Below, in pieces: positions 9,603 through 20,099 of a DNA stretch of 64,000 nt (position 1 is its first letter; each line of letters starts with the position of its first letter). The stretch is from positions 1 to 64,000 of IMG/VR virus record IMGVR_UViG_3300033182_001261; one strand, written 5' to 3'. The translations under genes and the position numbers were made by a program. The DNA comes from a virus. Under the pieces are notes generated by a model. It saw only the letters and a list, made by a program, of their open reading frames with translations, ran no database searches and was not told where the DNA came from.

Positions 9603-11972
9603 ATGTTATTACCATCACTTTATCAAGAATTTATCCACCTATCCAGATATTCTAGGTGGTTGGAAAATAAGGGAAGAAGAGAAACTTGGGAAGAAACCGT
9701 CGATAGATATATGAGTTTCTTTGACTCACACTTAATGGAAAAATATTCGTACAAGATTCCAGAGGAGACGTATAAAAAAGTTAGAAAATATATCTTAGAA
9801 CTCAAAGTGATGCCTTCAATGAGAGCATTGATGACTGCAGGTCCTGCTCTGAAAAGAGATAATGTTGCTGGATATAACTGCGCTTACACTGCTGTTGATA
9901 AACTACGTGCGTTTGATGAAATCCTTTATATTCTAATGTGCGGAACAGGTGTTGGATTCAGTGTTGAAAAATATCATACAAAGAAATTACCAACAGTCGC
10001 AGAAACATTTGAAGATTCTGACACCACAATTGTTGTAGGAGATTCCAAAAAAGGGTGGGCAAAAGCATATCGTGAACTTATTTCTCTTTTGATTTCTGGT
10101 CAGGTTCCAAAGATTGATTACTCAAAAGTAAGACCTGCTGGAGCAAGATTGAAAGTTTTTGGTGGTCGAGCCTCTGGTCCAGAACCATTAAGACAATTGA
10201 TGGAGTTTACAATCAGCACGTTTAGAAATGCTGCTGGAAGAAAGTTGTATCCAATTGAGTGTCATGATATCGTATGTAAGATTGCTGAGATTGTAGTTGT
10301 AGGTGGAGTAAGACGTTCTGCTCTTATTTCTCTATCTGACTTGAATGATGATAGAATGAGAAGTGCCAAATCAGGTCAATGGTGGGTTATTGATCCACAT
10401 AGAGCGTTAGCAAACAACTCTGTATGTTATCGTGAAAGACCTGATATTGGAACCTTCATGGAAGAGTGGTTATCATTATATCGTTCAAAGTCTGGAGAAC
10501 GAGGTATCTTCAATCGACAAGCATCAAAGAAAACAGTTGAAAAGTTAGATGGTAGAAGAGAAATGGAACATGACTTTGGAACTAACCCTTGCTCCGAAAT
10601 CATATTGAGGTCAAAAGAGTTCTGTAATTTATCAGAAGCAGTTGTTTCTAAAGATGATACACTTGAAACTCTGATGGAAAAGGTTGAAGTTGCTGCTATC
10701 ATAGGGACTTGGCAATCAACATTAACACACTTTCCATATTTGTCAAAGCAATGGAAAGAAAACTGTGAAGAGGAAAGACTTTTAGGAGTATCTCTCACAG
10801 GTATTATGGATAATGAATTGACTAACGGTAGGGGATTGAGACCTCTTAAAGAATTCTTACCTAAGTTGAGAGATAAAGCATTGAAGATGAATGAAAAGGT
10901 ATCTGAAGATATCGGAGTGAACCCTTCTGCTGCAATCACTTGTGTAAAACCTTCTGGATGTAATGATTTAGATAATACTGTAAAAACTAAAGATGGTATC
11001 AGAAGTTTCAGAGAAATATTTGAAGATAATGGTATTGATTTAGAATCCATGAAAGAAGATGAATGGTTTGATTTGAAGAAACCTGTTCAAGTTTATGATA
11101 TGAATAATGATCTTCAAAATGTTTCTAAACTTTATTGCAATGGAGTAAAAGAAGTTTATGAAATACAAATGGAAGATGGTGAAGTTTATAAATTCACAGG
11201 AAATCATAAACTTTTACTTTCAACTGGTGAATGGAAAAGAGTTGATGAGTTAGAAGAAGGTGATGATATAAAATCTTTCATGTCAGGAAGAGTTTTCAAC
11301 CTAATTGCTAAAATCAAAAAAATAGAACAAAAAGTTATGACTGTTGATATGGAAGTTGAAAACACTAATTCATATCAAATGGAAAATGGTATGGTTGCTC
11401 ATAACACAGTATCACAATTAGTAAATGCTGCTAGTGGTATTCACGCAAGACATTCTGAATATTATATCAGAACTGTTAGAGGTGACAAGAAAGACCCATT
11501 AGCGCAATTTATGGTTGAGATGGGTTTCCCGCATGAGGATTGTGTAATGAAACCAGAGCATCAATGGGTGTTCAGTTTTCCAGTCAAGTCACCTGAGAAT
11601 GCTGTATTCAGAAATGATATGTCTGCTATTGAACAGTTGGAATTGTGGTTAGACTATCAAAGATATTGGTGTGAACACAAACCTTCTGTGACAGTTTCTG
11701 TAAAAGAACATGAATGGTTTGAGGTTGGTTCTTGGGTATGGAAACATTTTGATGAAGTTTCCGGTGTATCCTTTCTACCAAGTTCCGACCATACATACAA
11801 ACAAGCACCTTATCAAGAATGCGGAGTTGAAGAGTATGAAGAACTTTTAGCAAAGATTCCTCAAGATGTTGATTGGTCTGGTTTAGAAAAATTTGAGAAG
11901 GAAGACAACACCAAAGGTGCGCAAACTTATAGTTGTACTGCTGGTAGTTGTGAGATAGTTGACCTTACGTAA
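9603..11972 (+). CDS. nrdJ: Class II (B12-dependent) ribonucleotide reductase, intein-containing
   Basis: MPSMRA, YNCAY, GGVRRSALI, TNPCSEI, TCVKPSG|TVSQL, C-terminal CTAGSCE. Confidence 0.93.
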   Translation: MLLPSLYQEFIHLSRYSRWLENKGRRETWEETVDRYMSFFDSHLMEKYSYKIPEETYKKVRKYILELKVMPSMRALMTAGPALKRDNVAGYNCAYTAVDKLRAFDEILYILMCGTGVGFSVEKYHTKKLPTVAETFEDSDTTIVVGDSKKGWAKAYRELISLLISGQVPKIDYSKVRPAGARLKVFGGRASGPEPLRQLMEFTISTFRNAAGRKLYPIECHDIVCKIAEIVVVGGVRRSALISLSDLNDDRMRSAKSGQWWVIDPHRALANNSVCYRERPDIGTFMEEWLSLYRSKSGERGIFNRQASKKTVEKLDGRREMEHDFGTNPCSEIILRSKEFCNLSEAVVSKDDTLETLMEKVEVAAIIGTWQSTLTHFPYLSKQWKENCEEERLLGVSLTGIMDNELTNGRGLRPLKEFLPKLRDKALKMNEKVSEDIGVNPSAAITCVKPSGCNDLDNTVKTKDGIRSFREIFEDNGIDLESMKEDEWFDLKKPVQVYDMNNDLQNVSKLYCNGVKEVYEIQMEDGEVYKFTGNHKLLLSTGEWKRVDELEEGDDIKSFMSGRVFNLIAKIKKIEQKVMTVDMEVENTNSYQMENGMVAHNTVSQLVNAASGIHARHSEYYIRTVRGDKKDPLAQFMVEMGFPHEDCVMKPEHQWVFSFPVKSPENAVFRNDMSAIEQLELWLDYQRYWCEHKPSVTVSVKEHEWFEVGSWVWKHFDEVSGVSFLPSSDHTYKQAPYQECGVEEYEELLAKIPQDVDWSGLEKFEKEDNTKGAQTYSCTAGSCEIVDLT
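10959..11405 (+). mobile_element. Mini-intein (149 aa, no homing endonuclease) in the RNR
   Basis: Starts at Cys after KPSG, block B FTGNH, ends ENGMVAHN followed by Thr; removal restores KPSGTVSQL. Confidence 0.92.
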
Positions 11973-12007
11973 ATTATAAATAACTCTATAGTCTTTAGGA
12001 GAATAAT

Positions 12008-12697
12008 ATGGATGAATATACAAAAGCTGCTGTCGCAAGACATGAAAGAGCAATAAAACAACTAAAAAAGAAAATTGCTACCGCTCAAGCACTTCACAAG
12101 TCAATGCCTGGAAAAACGGTGAAGCAAAGAAAAGAAAGAGACAATGTAAAATATAAAATGGAATCGGAATTACAGGATAAAGCATATTCCTTGAAACTTT
12201 CTCCGATGAATTGGTATATAATGAAAGCATATGCGGAATCAGGTCTTCCAAAGATTGCTGATGTAGCTAAAGAGTATATAGAAAATAATGACGAACCGAT
12301 TGATAAATCAAAAAAGAAAACTGCTAAAAAGGCAGCAACTCCAAAAAAGAAAACTGCTAAAAAGAAAACTGTAAAAAAAGGTGATCCTCCTAAATTCGCA
12401 GCATTGGAAAAGAAAGCACGTACATTTGCTTCAAATGAGAAAAAGTTGGAATACTATATGAAAAAGAAGGCAGTGGAATATTCCAAACTTGGAAACAAAT
12501 CTGCTGAAGAACAAAAACGAAGAAAGAAAGAATTCATAGAAGACAACGGTCCGAAAAGTGCAGGATGGCAAAAAAGACTTACAAAGTTGGGAGTCCTTGA
12601 AGCTAAATTGAAAAAACTGCGAAAGCTTTATGTTGCTTTTTACAAACTGGGTTTTGATGAAAAATATTTACTAAGTCTATTTAGAATAACAGATTAG
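12008..12697 (+). CDS. Lys-rich hypothetical late protein
   Basis: TATAAATA at 11975, AGGAG RBS, KKKTAKK repeats. Confidence 0.7.
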   Translation: MDEYTKAAVARHERAIKQLKKKIATAQALHKSMPGKTVKQRKERDNVKYKMESELQDKAYSLKLSPMNWYIMKAYAESGLPKIADVAKEYIENNDEPIDKSKKKTAKKAATPKKKTAKKKTVKKGDPPKFAALEKKARTFASNEKKLEYYMKKKAVEYSKLGNKSAEEQKRRKKEFIEDNGPKSAGWQKRLTKLGVLEAKLKKLRKLYVAFYKLGFDEKYLLSLFRITD

Positions 12698-12706
12698 GAG
12701 AGAATT

Positions 12707-13015
12707 GTGGATAACAAAGTTATAAATGAAATTTCGGAAATATTACAAGATATTCGTGAAGAAAAAGAATTAGATAAACTTATTGAATCTATCGAAAAGA
12801 TTGAAACTCTGAGTGAGGAACTTGATATAGAAGCTTACAGAAAACTGAAAAAATCCTTCTACAAAACGTTAAAAGATGTAGAAAATTTATACGACAAACA
12901 TTTTTTTAATTGGGATAAAGAGATGGCAGATTTTTTACACAGAAAAGATGGAGCTCAAGATTTGCCAAAAAGTTGGAAGATGGACGTTGAGTATAGTCTA
13001 ACAAAAATAGTATAG
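12707..13015 (+). CDS. Hypothetical protein with family-B N-terminal helix
   Basis: AGGAG RBS; N-terminus similar to ORFs 34362 and 34785. Confidence 0.65.
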   Translation: MDNKVINEISEILQDIREEKELDKLIESIEKIETLSEELDIEAYRKLKKSFYKTLKDVENLYDKHFFNWDKEMADFLHRKDGAQDLPKSWKMDVEYSLTKIV

Positions 13016-13036
13016 GAAAAACTTTTCTAAAAACTC

Positions 13037-13087
13037 TTGACACACACTCCTTTTTTTGTTATAATAGTAATATAAGGTAAAAAGGAG
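13037..13087 (+). promoter_or_regulatory. Early promoter cassette
   Basis: TTGACA-N17-TATAAT followed by conserved AGTAATATAAGGTAAAAAGGAG leader. Confidence 0.8.
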
Positions 13088-13560
13088 TTGATATGTCAAA
13101 TTTTACATTAGTAGTCATAAATGGTGAGAACCTAAATATATACAAACTAGATACCTTTAATGAATCTATCCAAAAAATAGTTGAATTGAGAGATTCTTAT
13201 AAAAACTTTGACACAAAAGAAATAAAATGGATTCTCTATAAAGGCAACGATATACTTGCCAGTAAGGATATAGAATGAATAGAATGACTAAACGTGAAAA
13301 AATTTTGGTAATATGGATGGTTATTATGACTTGGGGTCATATCGTCTATAACAGATTCTTGATTGAATCTAACACACTTTTCTTACAAGACTTATTCAGA
13401 GCATTTAGAAATTTGGCTAACTCTTTCACATGATAAATCCAATAACTATTGAACATCCTATTTTTGTAATCAAACCTCATTCCGAAAGAAGAAAAGTTGA
13501 AGAGGTTGCTAAACCTAACAAAGATAGAAAGAACCTAAAAAATCCTAATTTTAGGTATGA

Positions 13561-14109
13561 ATGGATAGCGTGATAATAGCAGGAATAGATTACAGCATGA
13601 GTTGTCCGTCACTCTGCATTTTCGATACAGAGAAAACTTTCTCATTCCAAAACTGCGATTTTTACTATCTAATAGATAAGAAAACAAAAATCATAGAAGA
13701 AGGGAATATACATGGTGAATATTATAAAAAAGATTTTGAAGATGTTAAAAGATTCGACTATCTATCAGACTGGACAATCAATATTCTTAAAAACAAAAAG
13801 GTCAATCACGTATATTTGGAAGGCTATTCCATGGGTTCTAGGGGTAGAGTCTTCCACATTGCAGAAAACACAGGTGTCCTCAAACAAAAAATCTACAAAG
13901 CAGGAATTACTTTCCAAGTTGTCCCGCCTTCAACGTGGAAAAAAGAAGTAGTTGGCAAAGGGAATGCTGACAAACAATATGTTTATGAATCTTTAGGTAT
14001 AGACTTGAAGACAATATTCAATTCCAAATCAATAACGAGTCCTATAAACGATATTGCTGATTCATATTTTATATGTGAATATGGGCTATTGACAAATCTT
14101 CCAAAATAG
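13561..14109 (+). CDS. RuvC-like Holliday junction resolvase
   Basis: AGIDYS, VYLEGYS, IAENTG, PSTWKK..GKGNADK, DIADSY. Confidence 0.85.
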   Translation: MDSVIIAGIDYSMSCPSLCIFDTEKTFSFQNCDFYYLIDKKTKIIEEGNIHGEYYKKDFEDVKRFDYLSDWTINILKNKKVNHVYLEGYSMGSRGRVFHIAENTGVLKQKIYKAGITFQVVPPSTWKKEVVGKGNADKQYVYESLGIDLKTIFNSKSITSPINDIADSYFICEYGLLTNLPK

Positions 14110-14148
14110 TTTATAATAGTTAATAAAGTATAAAAGAGGAGTTTTATC

Positions 14149-14976
14149 GTGCAACAAAGAATGGTAGATGCCGAAGGAACATATGTTTTTGGTACAAAAC
14201 CTGTATGGTCAGATGAAGAAGTCCATATAGAAGATAGTAGAGTATATAAAGCAATCAACTGGTATTCCTACAAGTATGATAAGTCTAATGTTAAAGATAT
14301 TTTAATAGAATATTTTCTAGAAGTGGAGCAGTCTGAATACTATGCCAAGCAGATAAAATCTTACGACGAATCTAGAATCAAATCAAGTATTGCGTGGATT
14401 TGTGATATGATTCTAAACGGTCTTATTTTAATTGACCCAGACTCAAAGTTTCTTGATAAAATAGAAGAACTTAAAAATAATCCTAAAAAGTTCTCAAAGA
14501 TTCAAGAAGAGGTTGTAGAGAAAGAAGAGAAACCTAAGAAAACATCTCCTATGATGAGAGTTAAGATGTTTTCTTGGAAGATAATATCCGAGATTGATAA
14601 AGAAATTGATGATTTTGTGATGAACAAATGTCAAACCGATTTCAATATTAAGAAATATTCCAAAACAATCAAACCTATTTACGGTAAAATGATATCAGAA
14701 AACTATAAAAGTTTATTAACAGAACTTGAGATTGCTGTGAATCGTGAAGATAAAGATGTTGAAGAAGCTTATTCCTTTATGAAGAGGTCTGAACTAAAAA
14801 AATACTTAAAGTTTGTTAAAGAGATAGTTGTTGTGTTCGGAACACTGAAAATGAAAAGAAAAAAGAGAAAGAAGAGTAAAACTAAAAAGACGGAATATAA
14901 AGCGAAAAATCTAAGAAAACCAAAAAAACAAGCAGCTAAACAAATAAAAGCAGTTTCAATAACAGATTTTATGTGA
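14149..14976 (+). CDS. Conserved T4-like hypothetical protein
   Basis: AINWYSY...D..EAYS pattern; upstream TTGACA/TATAAT. Confidence 0.7.
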   Translation: MQQRMVDAEGTYVFGTKPVWSDEEVHIEDSRVYKAINWYSYKYDKSNVKDILIEYFLEVEQSEYYAKQIKSYDESRIKSSIAWICDMILNGLILIDPDSKFLDKIEELKNNPKKFSKIQEEVVEKEEKPKKTSPMMRVKMFSWKIISEIDKEIDDFVMNKCQTDFNIKKYSKTIKPIYGKMISENYKSLLTELEIAVNREDKDVEEAYSFMKRSELKKYLKFVKEIVVVFGTLKMKRKKRKKSKTKKTEYKAKNLRKPKKQAAKQIKAVSITDFM

Positions 14977-14994
14977 CCCATAGGAGTATTTATA

Positions 14995-15858
14995 ATGATT
15001 CTAGTAGACTTCAATCAAGTGATGATGAGTAATATGATTGTTATGATAAAGAGGAATGATTACACACCAGAGTTTTTTAGACACTGGGTGTTAAACACTA
15101 TAAGGAGTTTCAACGTTAAATTTAAGAACACTTACGGTGAAATGATTATATGTTGTGATTCAAGGTCTTGGAGAAAGGAGTACTTTTCCTATTATAAGAT
15201 GGGCAGAAAACTTAAAAGACAGGAAGATGATATTGATTGGGATGCTGTATTCGGTGACTTCCATTCATTGGTTGAAGATTTGAATAAGTTCTTCCCATAT
15301 AAAGTGGTCAAAACTGATGGAGCAGAAGCAGATGATATCATAGCAACACTCACTAAACTTAACAGAAGTAATGAAAAAACTGTCATAGTTTCTAGTGATA
15401 AAGATTTTATTCAATTACACTCTGATAATATTAGACAATATTGCCCAAGAAAGAAAGAGATGTTTGCTAAACAGGAAATAAGTGATATTGGAAACTATCT
15501 TCTAGAGCATATAATAAAAGGTGATACGTCTGATGGTGTTCCGAATGTTCTTTCTGATGATGATGTTTTTGTAAATCAAGATAAGAAGCAATCGAGAATG
15601 ACCAAAAAGAGATTAGAAGAGATAAAAAATTCTATTATCCTAAATCAATCAACAAAGTATGATTCAAGGATAAGTAGAAATAAGAAACTGATTGATTTGA
15701 ATGAAATACCTTCTAATGTGATAGAAAATATTATGTCCTCATATAATGAAAGACGAGTTGGAAATATACAAAAAGCTTTCACTTATTTGGTGAAATACGA
15801 TTTAAAAGAGCTTATAAATAAAATCGAAGACTTTAAACCCCAAAGAAGTGAGGAATAA
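14995..15858 (+). CDS. rnh: T4-type RNase H / 5'-3' exonuclease
   Basis: MILVDFNQ, SWRK..F..YK, EADDIIA, SSDKDFIQL, GDTSDGVPN. Confidence 0.92.
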   Translation: MILVDFNQVMMSNMIVMIKRNDYTPEFFRHWVLNTIRSFNVKFKNTYGEMIICCDSRSWRKEYFSYYKMGRKLKRQEDDIDWDAVFGDFHSLVEDLNKFFPYKVVKTDGAEADDIIATLTKLNRSNEKTVIVSSDKDFIQLHSDNIRQYCPRKKEMFAKQEISDIGNYLLEHIIKGDTSDGVPNVLSDDDVFVNQDKKQSRMTKKRLEEIKNSIILNQSTKYDSRISRNKKLIDLNEIPSNVIENIMSSYNERRVGNIQKAFTYLVKYDLKELINKIEDFKPQRSEE

Positions 15859-15861
15859 TAT

Positions 15862-16332
15862 ATGATGAAGACTAAGAGTATACCCGAAATTTTAAAAGAA
15901 TGTGAAGCATTAAAAACTTCCAAAGAGAGAGTTGCTTTTCTAAAAAGCAACGATACTGCTACTTTGAGACAGATTATTTATTCTGCTTTCCACCCTGATG
16001 TTGATTTTATTTTTCCTAAAACGAGACCTGATTACACTGTGAATCCTGGACCAGTAGGTGTCTGTGAAACTCATTTATATAGGGAAGCGAGAAAGTTGAA
16101 ATATTTTATAACTAAATTTATTTCCCCTCAAGCAAAAACTTATAAGTTAGAAAATACTTTCATTGAAATGTTAGAATCTGTGCATGAAACCGAAGCAGAA
16201 CTACTCTTACAAATATGTGTGGATAGAAAATTAAAAACTAAAATTAAGTATAAAGAAGTTCAACAAGCTTTCCCAGAAATGTTACCAGAAGTTAAACCAA
16301 AACCGAGAAAATCTAAAAAGAAATCGTCTTGA
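15862..16332 (+). CDS. Conserved T4-like hypothetical protein
   Basis: L..EARKL.YF...E..FI.MLE..H..EAELL pattern, typical neighbour of rnh. Confidence 0.7.
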   Translation: MMKTKSIPEILKECEALKTSKERVAFLKSNDTATLRQIIYSAFHPDVDFIFPKTRPDYTVNPGPVGVCETHLYREARKLKYFITKFISPQAKTYKLENTFIEMLESVHETEAELLLQICVDRKLKTKIKYKEVQQAFPEMLPEVKPKPRKSKKKSS

Positions 16333-16662
16333 AATGTGTTTTTTTATAAATATATAGGAGTTTATATTATGTTTTTTGAAATCTCTACAATAGTATTATA
16401 TCTAATAAGTTCCGGAATATTCCTCATCTGTGTTTTATTTTACATGGAATCTACGTCTTACCAAAAAGGTTTTAATGATGGGAGAGAAGGTGGATATTCT
16501 TTGGGAAACTCCATGGGATATGCCACTTGCCTTGATGAACTCAAAAATAAGGGTGTTATTAAAATTGACGACAATGGAAAAATTACTGGAATCAGTAAAA
16601 ATAATAAGAAAAAATGATTAAAAACGAAAAAATCTTTTCAGTAATTTTTGGGGGAAATTATT

Positions 16663-17874
16663 ATGAAAATGTTTTTGGTATATTCTCTTTTCTTCTTTTT
16701 AGCAGTTTCACATTCCTTTAGTGATAATGCTGTTTTTGAAAAAATAAAAAATGGAACTGTTGTAATTAAGATGATGTTAGGATCTGAGAGTCGACACACT
16801 TTTAAGAATGTTGGTTCTGGGTTTATAGTTGACTCTAAAAAAGGCTATGTTATGACTTGTGCTCATGTTCTTGCTGGATGGCACGAAAGAGACAAAGATG
16901 ACAGAACATTAGCAGTTGGTTTGTTTGATGGGAGAACTGTCAAAGCAAAAACTGTATTGATGTATTACAATAGAGATGTTGCAATAGTCAAGATGATACC
17001 TAACCAGTATGTAAAACTTCCTCTTCCAGATGATTATCAAGTCTCTTTTAGAAATTCTCACGACTTAGGAATGGGTGAAAAAGTTTTTGTTCTTGGTAAT
17101 CCTATGGGTATGCAGAGAATAATGACATCTGGTATTGTCTCAAGCTTAGGTAAAAGAGTTCAAATGCCTAATCCTACACTTTACGAAAATATGATTCAAA
17201 CTGACGCAACTATCACTGGTGGTAATTCTGGTGGAGCTCTTTTTGATGGTTCAGGAAATGTTATTGGATGTGTTGTAATATCACTCAAAGATATGTATGC
17301 TTTTGCAATTCCAAGTGGTCTTTTGATACAAGTCTGGGATACATTTCTAAGTAGAAAAGTTATAGAAGCACCAATGATAGGGTTTTCTGCTCGTGATTCA
17401 AACCCAAAAGATGATAAGAGAATAAACTATCAAAGTCATATGGGTGTCATTGTCAATAAAGTTCTAAAAGGTTCTCCTGCAGCAAAAGTTCTTAAAGCAG
17501 GTGATTATATTGTAAGTCTGGACGGTGATAGAACATATGCTTCATCAATTCTAAGAGCACTATTACATGATAAGTTTGTTGGGTCCAGTTTTCAAATAAC
17601 TTATTTCAGAGATGGTAAGATGGAAACATCAAAAATCAAAACAGTAAATTCTTATTTTGATTTGAGGCAGGAAGATATTGTTATCACCAAAGAAGATAAG
17701 AAAATCACTGAGAAGAAAATAAAAAGAAAAAACCTTCATATTGAAATATTTAAAAACTTATACGGTGTCCCAAAGATTAAGAGAAGTATAACAAGAAAAG
17801 ATAAGAAGAATAAGGTAACTCCTTATCAGAAAAAATATCGTGAAACTGTTATGAAGATGGGAAATTATATTTGA
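16663..17874 (+). CDS. HtrA/DegP-like trypsin serine protease with signal peptide and PDZ domain
   Basis: GSGFIVD, TCAHV, DVAIVK, IQTDA..GGNSGGAL, PDZ GSPAA..LKAGDYI. Confidence 0.9.
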   Translation: MKMFLVYSLFFFLAVSHSFSDNAVFEKIKNGTVVIKMMLGSESRHTFKNVGSGFIVDSKKGYVMTCAHVLAGWHERDKDDRTLAVGLFDGRTVKAKTVLMYYNRDVAIVKMIPNQYVKLPLPDDYQVSFRNSHDLGMGEKVFVLGNPMGMQRIMTSGIVSSLGKRVQMPNPTLYENMIQTDATITGGNSGGALFDGSGNVIGCVVISLKDMYAFAIPSGLLIQVWDTFLSRKVIEAPMIGFSARDSNPKDDKRINYQSHMGVIVNKVLKGSPAAKVLKAGDYIVSLDGDRTYASSILRALLHDKFVGSSFQITYFRDGKMETSKIKTVNSYFDLRQEDIVITKEDKKITEKKIKRKNLHIEIFKNLYGVPKIKRSITRKDKKNKVTPYQKKYRETVMKMGNYI

Positions 17875-17919
17875 CATTCTTTCCCTCATAGACTATAATA
17901 ATATTATAGGGAGGAAAAA

Positions 17920-18480
17920 ATGAATATATTTGTTTTAGATCAAGATCCAGTTATTGCTGCTCAATTACAGTGTGATAAACATGCAGCAGGGAAAATGGCA
18001 TTGGAAAGTGCCCAGATGTTATGTACTGCTCACAGAATGTTAGATGGTGTGAGGGTGAGAAAACCTTCCAAGTCGGGTAAAACAACAGTCAATCACTACA
18101 TTCTACCAAATCATCCTTACGAGGATATACTATACAAAGCAGTTCATTTCAATCATCCATGCACAGTCTGGACAAGGGAGAGTTTAGAAAACTATGAATG
18201 GCACTACCGTCATTTTATAGCTCTATGCGACGAATACAGGTTTCGTTATGGTAAAATACATCTAAGTGACAAACTACTCAGGAATGCTCTTAAAACACCT
18301 CCTAAGAACATACCAAAGAAAGGTCTGACTCAATTCCCTCTTGCTATGAAGTCTAACCCAGAATGTATGTTTCCGCAAGACCCTGTAAAGTCATACAGAA
18401 TGTTCTATCAGACTAAGCAAGATAGGTTTTCTATGGTCTGGACCAAAAGAAATGTTCCCCTTTGGTTTAAAAAAAGGTAA
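17920..18480 (+). CDS. Pyrimidine-dimer DNA glycosylase / endonuclease V-like family
   Basis: MNIF.LD.DP..AA...CDKH..KM..ESAQML.TAH, NHPCTVW, DPV.SYR.FY. Confidence 0.8.
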   Translation: MNIFVLDQDPVIAAQLQCDKHAAGKMALESAQMLCTAHRMLDGVRVRKPSKSGKTTVNHYILPNHPYEDILYKAVHFNHPCTVWTRESLENYEWHYRHFIALCDEYRFRYGKIHLSDKLLRNALKTPPKNIPKKGLTQFPLAMKSNPECMFPQDPVKSYRMFYQTKQDRFSMVWTKRNVPLWFKKR

Positions 18481-18551
18481 TTATTTTTTTAATTTCTGCA
18501 ATTTTCAACTAAATATAATATGAAATATTTAAGATTTATGGTATATTAATT

Positions 18552-19316
18552 ATGGTGAGTTCGAAAGATAAAAGCATGACACCATTAAACGAAGAAGGAA
18601 TTTTAGTTCCTTACAGAGAAGGTTTTGTTAACTTATTGTTAGTTGAAAATAAGGAACAATGTAAATTAAATTTTATAGCAAAGTTTCGACAAATGAACTT
18701 TGAGGTTGAAACTTTTATCAACTGCTCAGAAGCTCAGAAAAGACTTGATGAGCAAGATGCCCCAAAAATAGATTTTTTAGTTATTGATGCTGATGTTATT
18801 AATGGGATAGATGGAATATCTTTTGCGAGAAGGTATAGAAACAAGTATCCTATTTTACTGATATCTTCTAAAGCAGAATCCTTAGATGAAGTGAAAGAGG
18901 AAGGTTTCGTAACTTTACATAAACCAGATGAGGATCACTTACTAGCAAACAAAATAAATAGAGCTAAGCATGAATTTGATGAAGCGCAAACTATAAAAGA
19001 AACAAAAGATGGTCTTGACAATTTGAAAGATGTGGTATATAATATACAAGACAATCTAAATGATATGTCTAATACTTTTGATAAAAATCTCTGTGAATTA
19101 AAAGAGATGGTTTGTGAATTGAAAGATTCTGGTGGAAACAACACTTTCTCAAAGATATTTCAATTTTCTAATGCAAAGGATATTTTATCAACAGTTAGAA
19201 GTTTTTTATCTGTGACAAAAACGTTTATATTTTTAATATTGATTATAATTTTTATTATGTTCTCTAATAGAATAGATTACGGACAAATTCTTAATTTTTT
19301 TAAGACTCTGTTTTAA
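18552..19316 (+). CDS. Receiver (REC)-like domain protein with coiled coil and C-terminal TM helix
   Basis: LLLVEN, DFLVID, DGISFA, PILLISS, LHKP; hydrophobic C-terminus. Confidence 0.7.
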   Translation: MVSSKDKSMTPLNEEGILVPYREGFVNLLLVENKEQCKLNFIAKFRQMNFEVETFINCSEAQKRLDEQDAPKIDFLVIDADVINGIDGISFARRYRNKYPILLISSKAESLDEVKEEGFVTLHKPDEDHLLANKINRAKHEFDEAQTIKETKDGLDNLKDVVYNIQDNLNDMSNTFDKNLCELKEMVCELKDSGGNNTFSKIFQFSNAKDILSTVRSFLSVTKTFIFLILIIIFIMFSNRIDYGQILNFFKTLF

Positions 19317-19326
19317 TTTATAAAGA

Positions 19327-19689
19327 GTGAAAAGGTGTATTATGGCGACAGATGAGTTTAAGCAAGAATATGTAGAAGTCTATTACAAAAATGATTTGAT
19401 TTATAGAGGGTTTCTGATAGGAATAGATGATAATCCTGAACTTGGAGAACAGAATTTTATAATATGTGGTATTCATGGTGAAGGTATAGTTATTCCTGTA
19501 GATGAACCTAATTGGGAAATAGTTGCTATATCCGACGAAAGTGAAATTACACCTTGGAAACTGATAAAAAAAGAGTTAGGAGTTATCTGTACAGAAAAGA
19601 CCGCCTATGAAATGTTGAGTATGGGTTTTTTTGCTGGATTTTCTATTGGTTTTTTGATGTTATTTGTCTGCTGTCTCCTGTTTTTCTAA
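19327..19689 (+). CDS. Hypothetical membrane protein
   Basis: ORF with C-terminal hydrophobic segment. Confidence 0.55.
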   Translation: MKRCIMATDEFKQEYVEVYYKNDLIYRGFLIGIDDNPELGEQNFIICGIHGEGIVIPVDEPNWEIVAISDESEITPWKLIKKELGVICTEKTAYEMLSMGFFAGFSIGFLMLFVCCLLFF

Positions 19690-19703
19690 CATAAATAATA
19701 GTA

Positions 19704-20099
19704 ATGAAAAATTTTTACATTCATAAAGAAAAATTTAGAGAAGAACCTATATATTTTTGTGTAGACAGTCATTGTGACAGTTACTTCTGGGAAACAGAAT
19801 CTTTGGATTGCCCATTCACTTTTTGTGTCAATTTTAACACCAAAGAGTATATCTCTTCTATATCTAAATGGAAAGATGACATTGGTAAGAAAATATTTGT
19901 TTCGGATGAAGATAAATCTTGGGAAATGAGAAAATCTTTCCAAAAGTTTGACGAGAAAGAAATGTTAAGTTTCGTGAGTGATTCTTTTGATTCATTTCAT
20001 TCATATTATATGACCAAGATGAAAGAATATGTTGATAGAATATTTTCTAGTATTGGGAAAGATATTCAAGATTCTAATAATCCCCTAGATATGTTTTAA
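19704..20099 (+). CDS. Hypothetical protein
   Basis: ATAAATA immediately upstream; 131 aa. Confidence 0.55.
   Translation: MKNFYIHKEKFREEPIYFCVDSHCDSYFWETESLDCPFTFCVNFNTKEYISSISKWKDDIGKKIFVSDEDKSWEMRKSFQKFDEKEMLSFVSDSFDSFHSYYMTKMKEYVDRIFSSIGKDIQDSNNPLDMF

Noticed and set aside
10427-11050. Antisense and nested ORFs inside conserved genes (e.g. 10427-11050, 27158-27601, 3595-3948, 29315-29677)
   Set aside because: Shadow ORFs opposite well-supported genes, with no RBS or recognisable motifs
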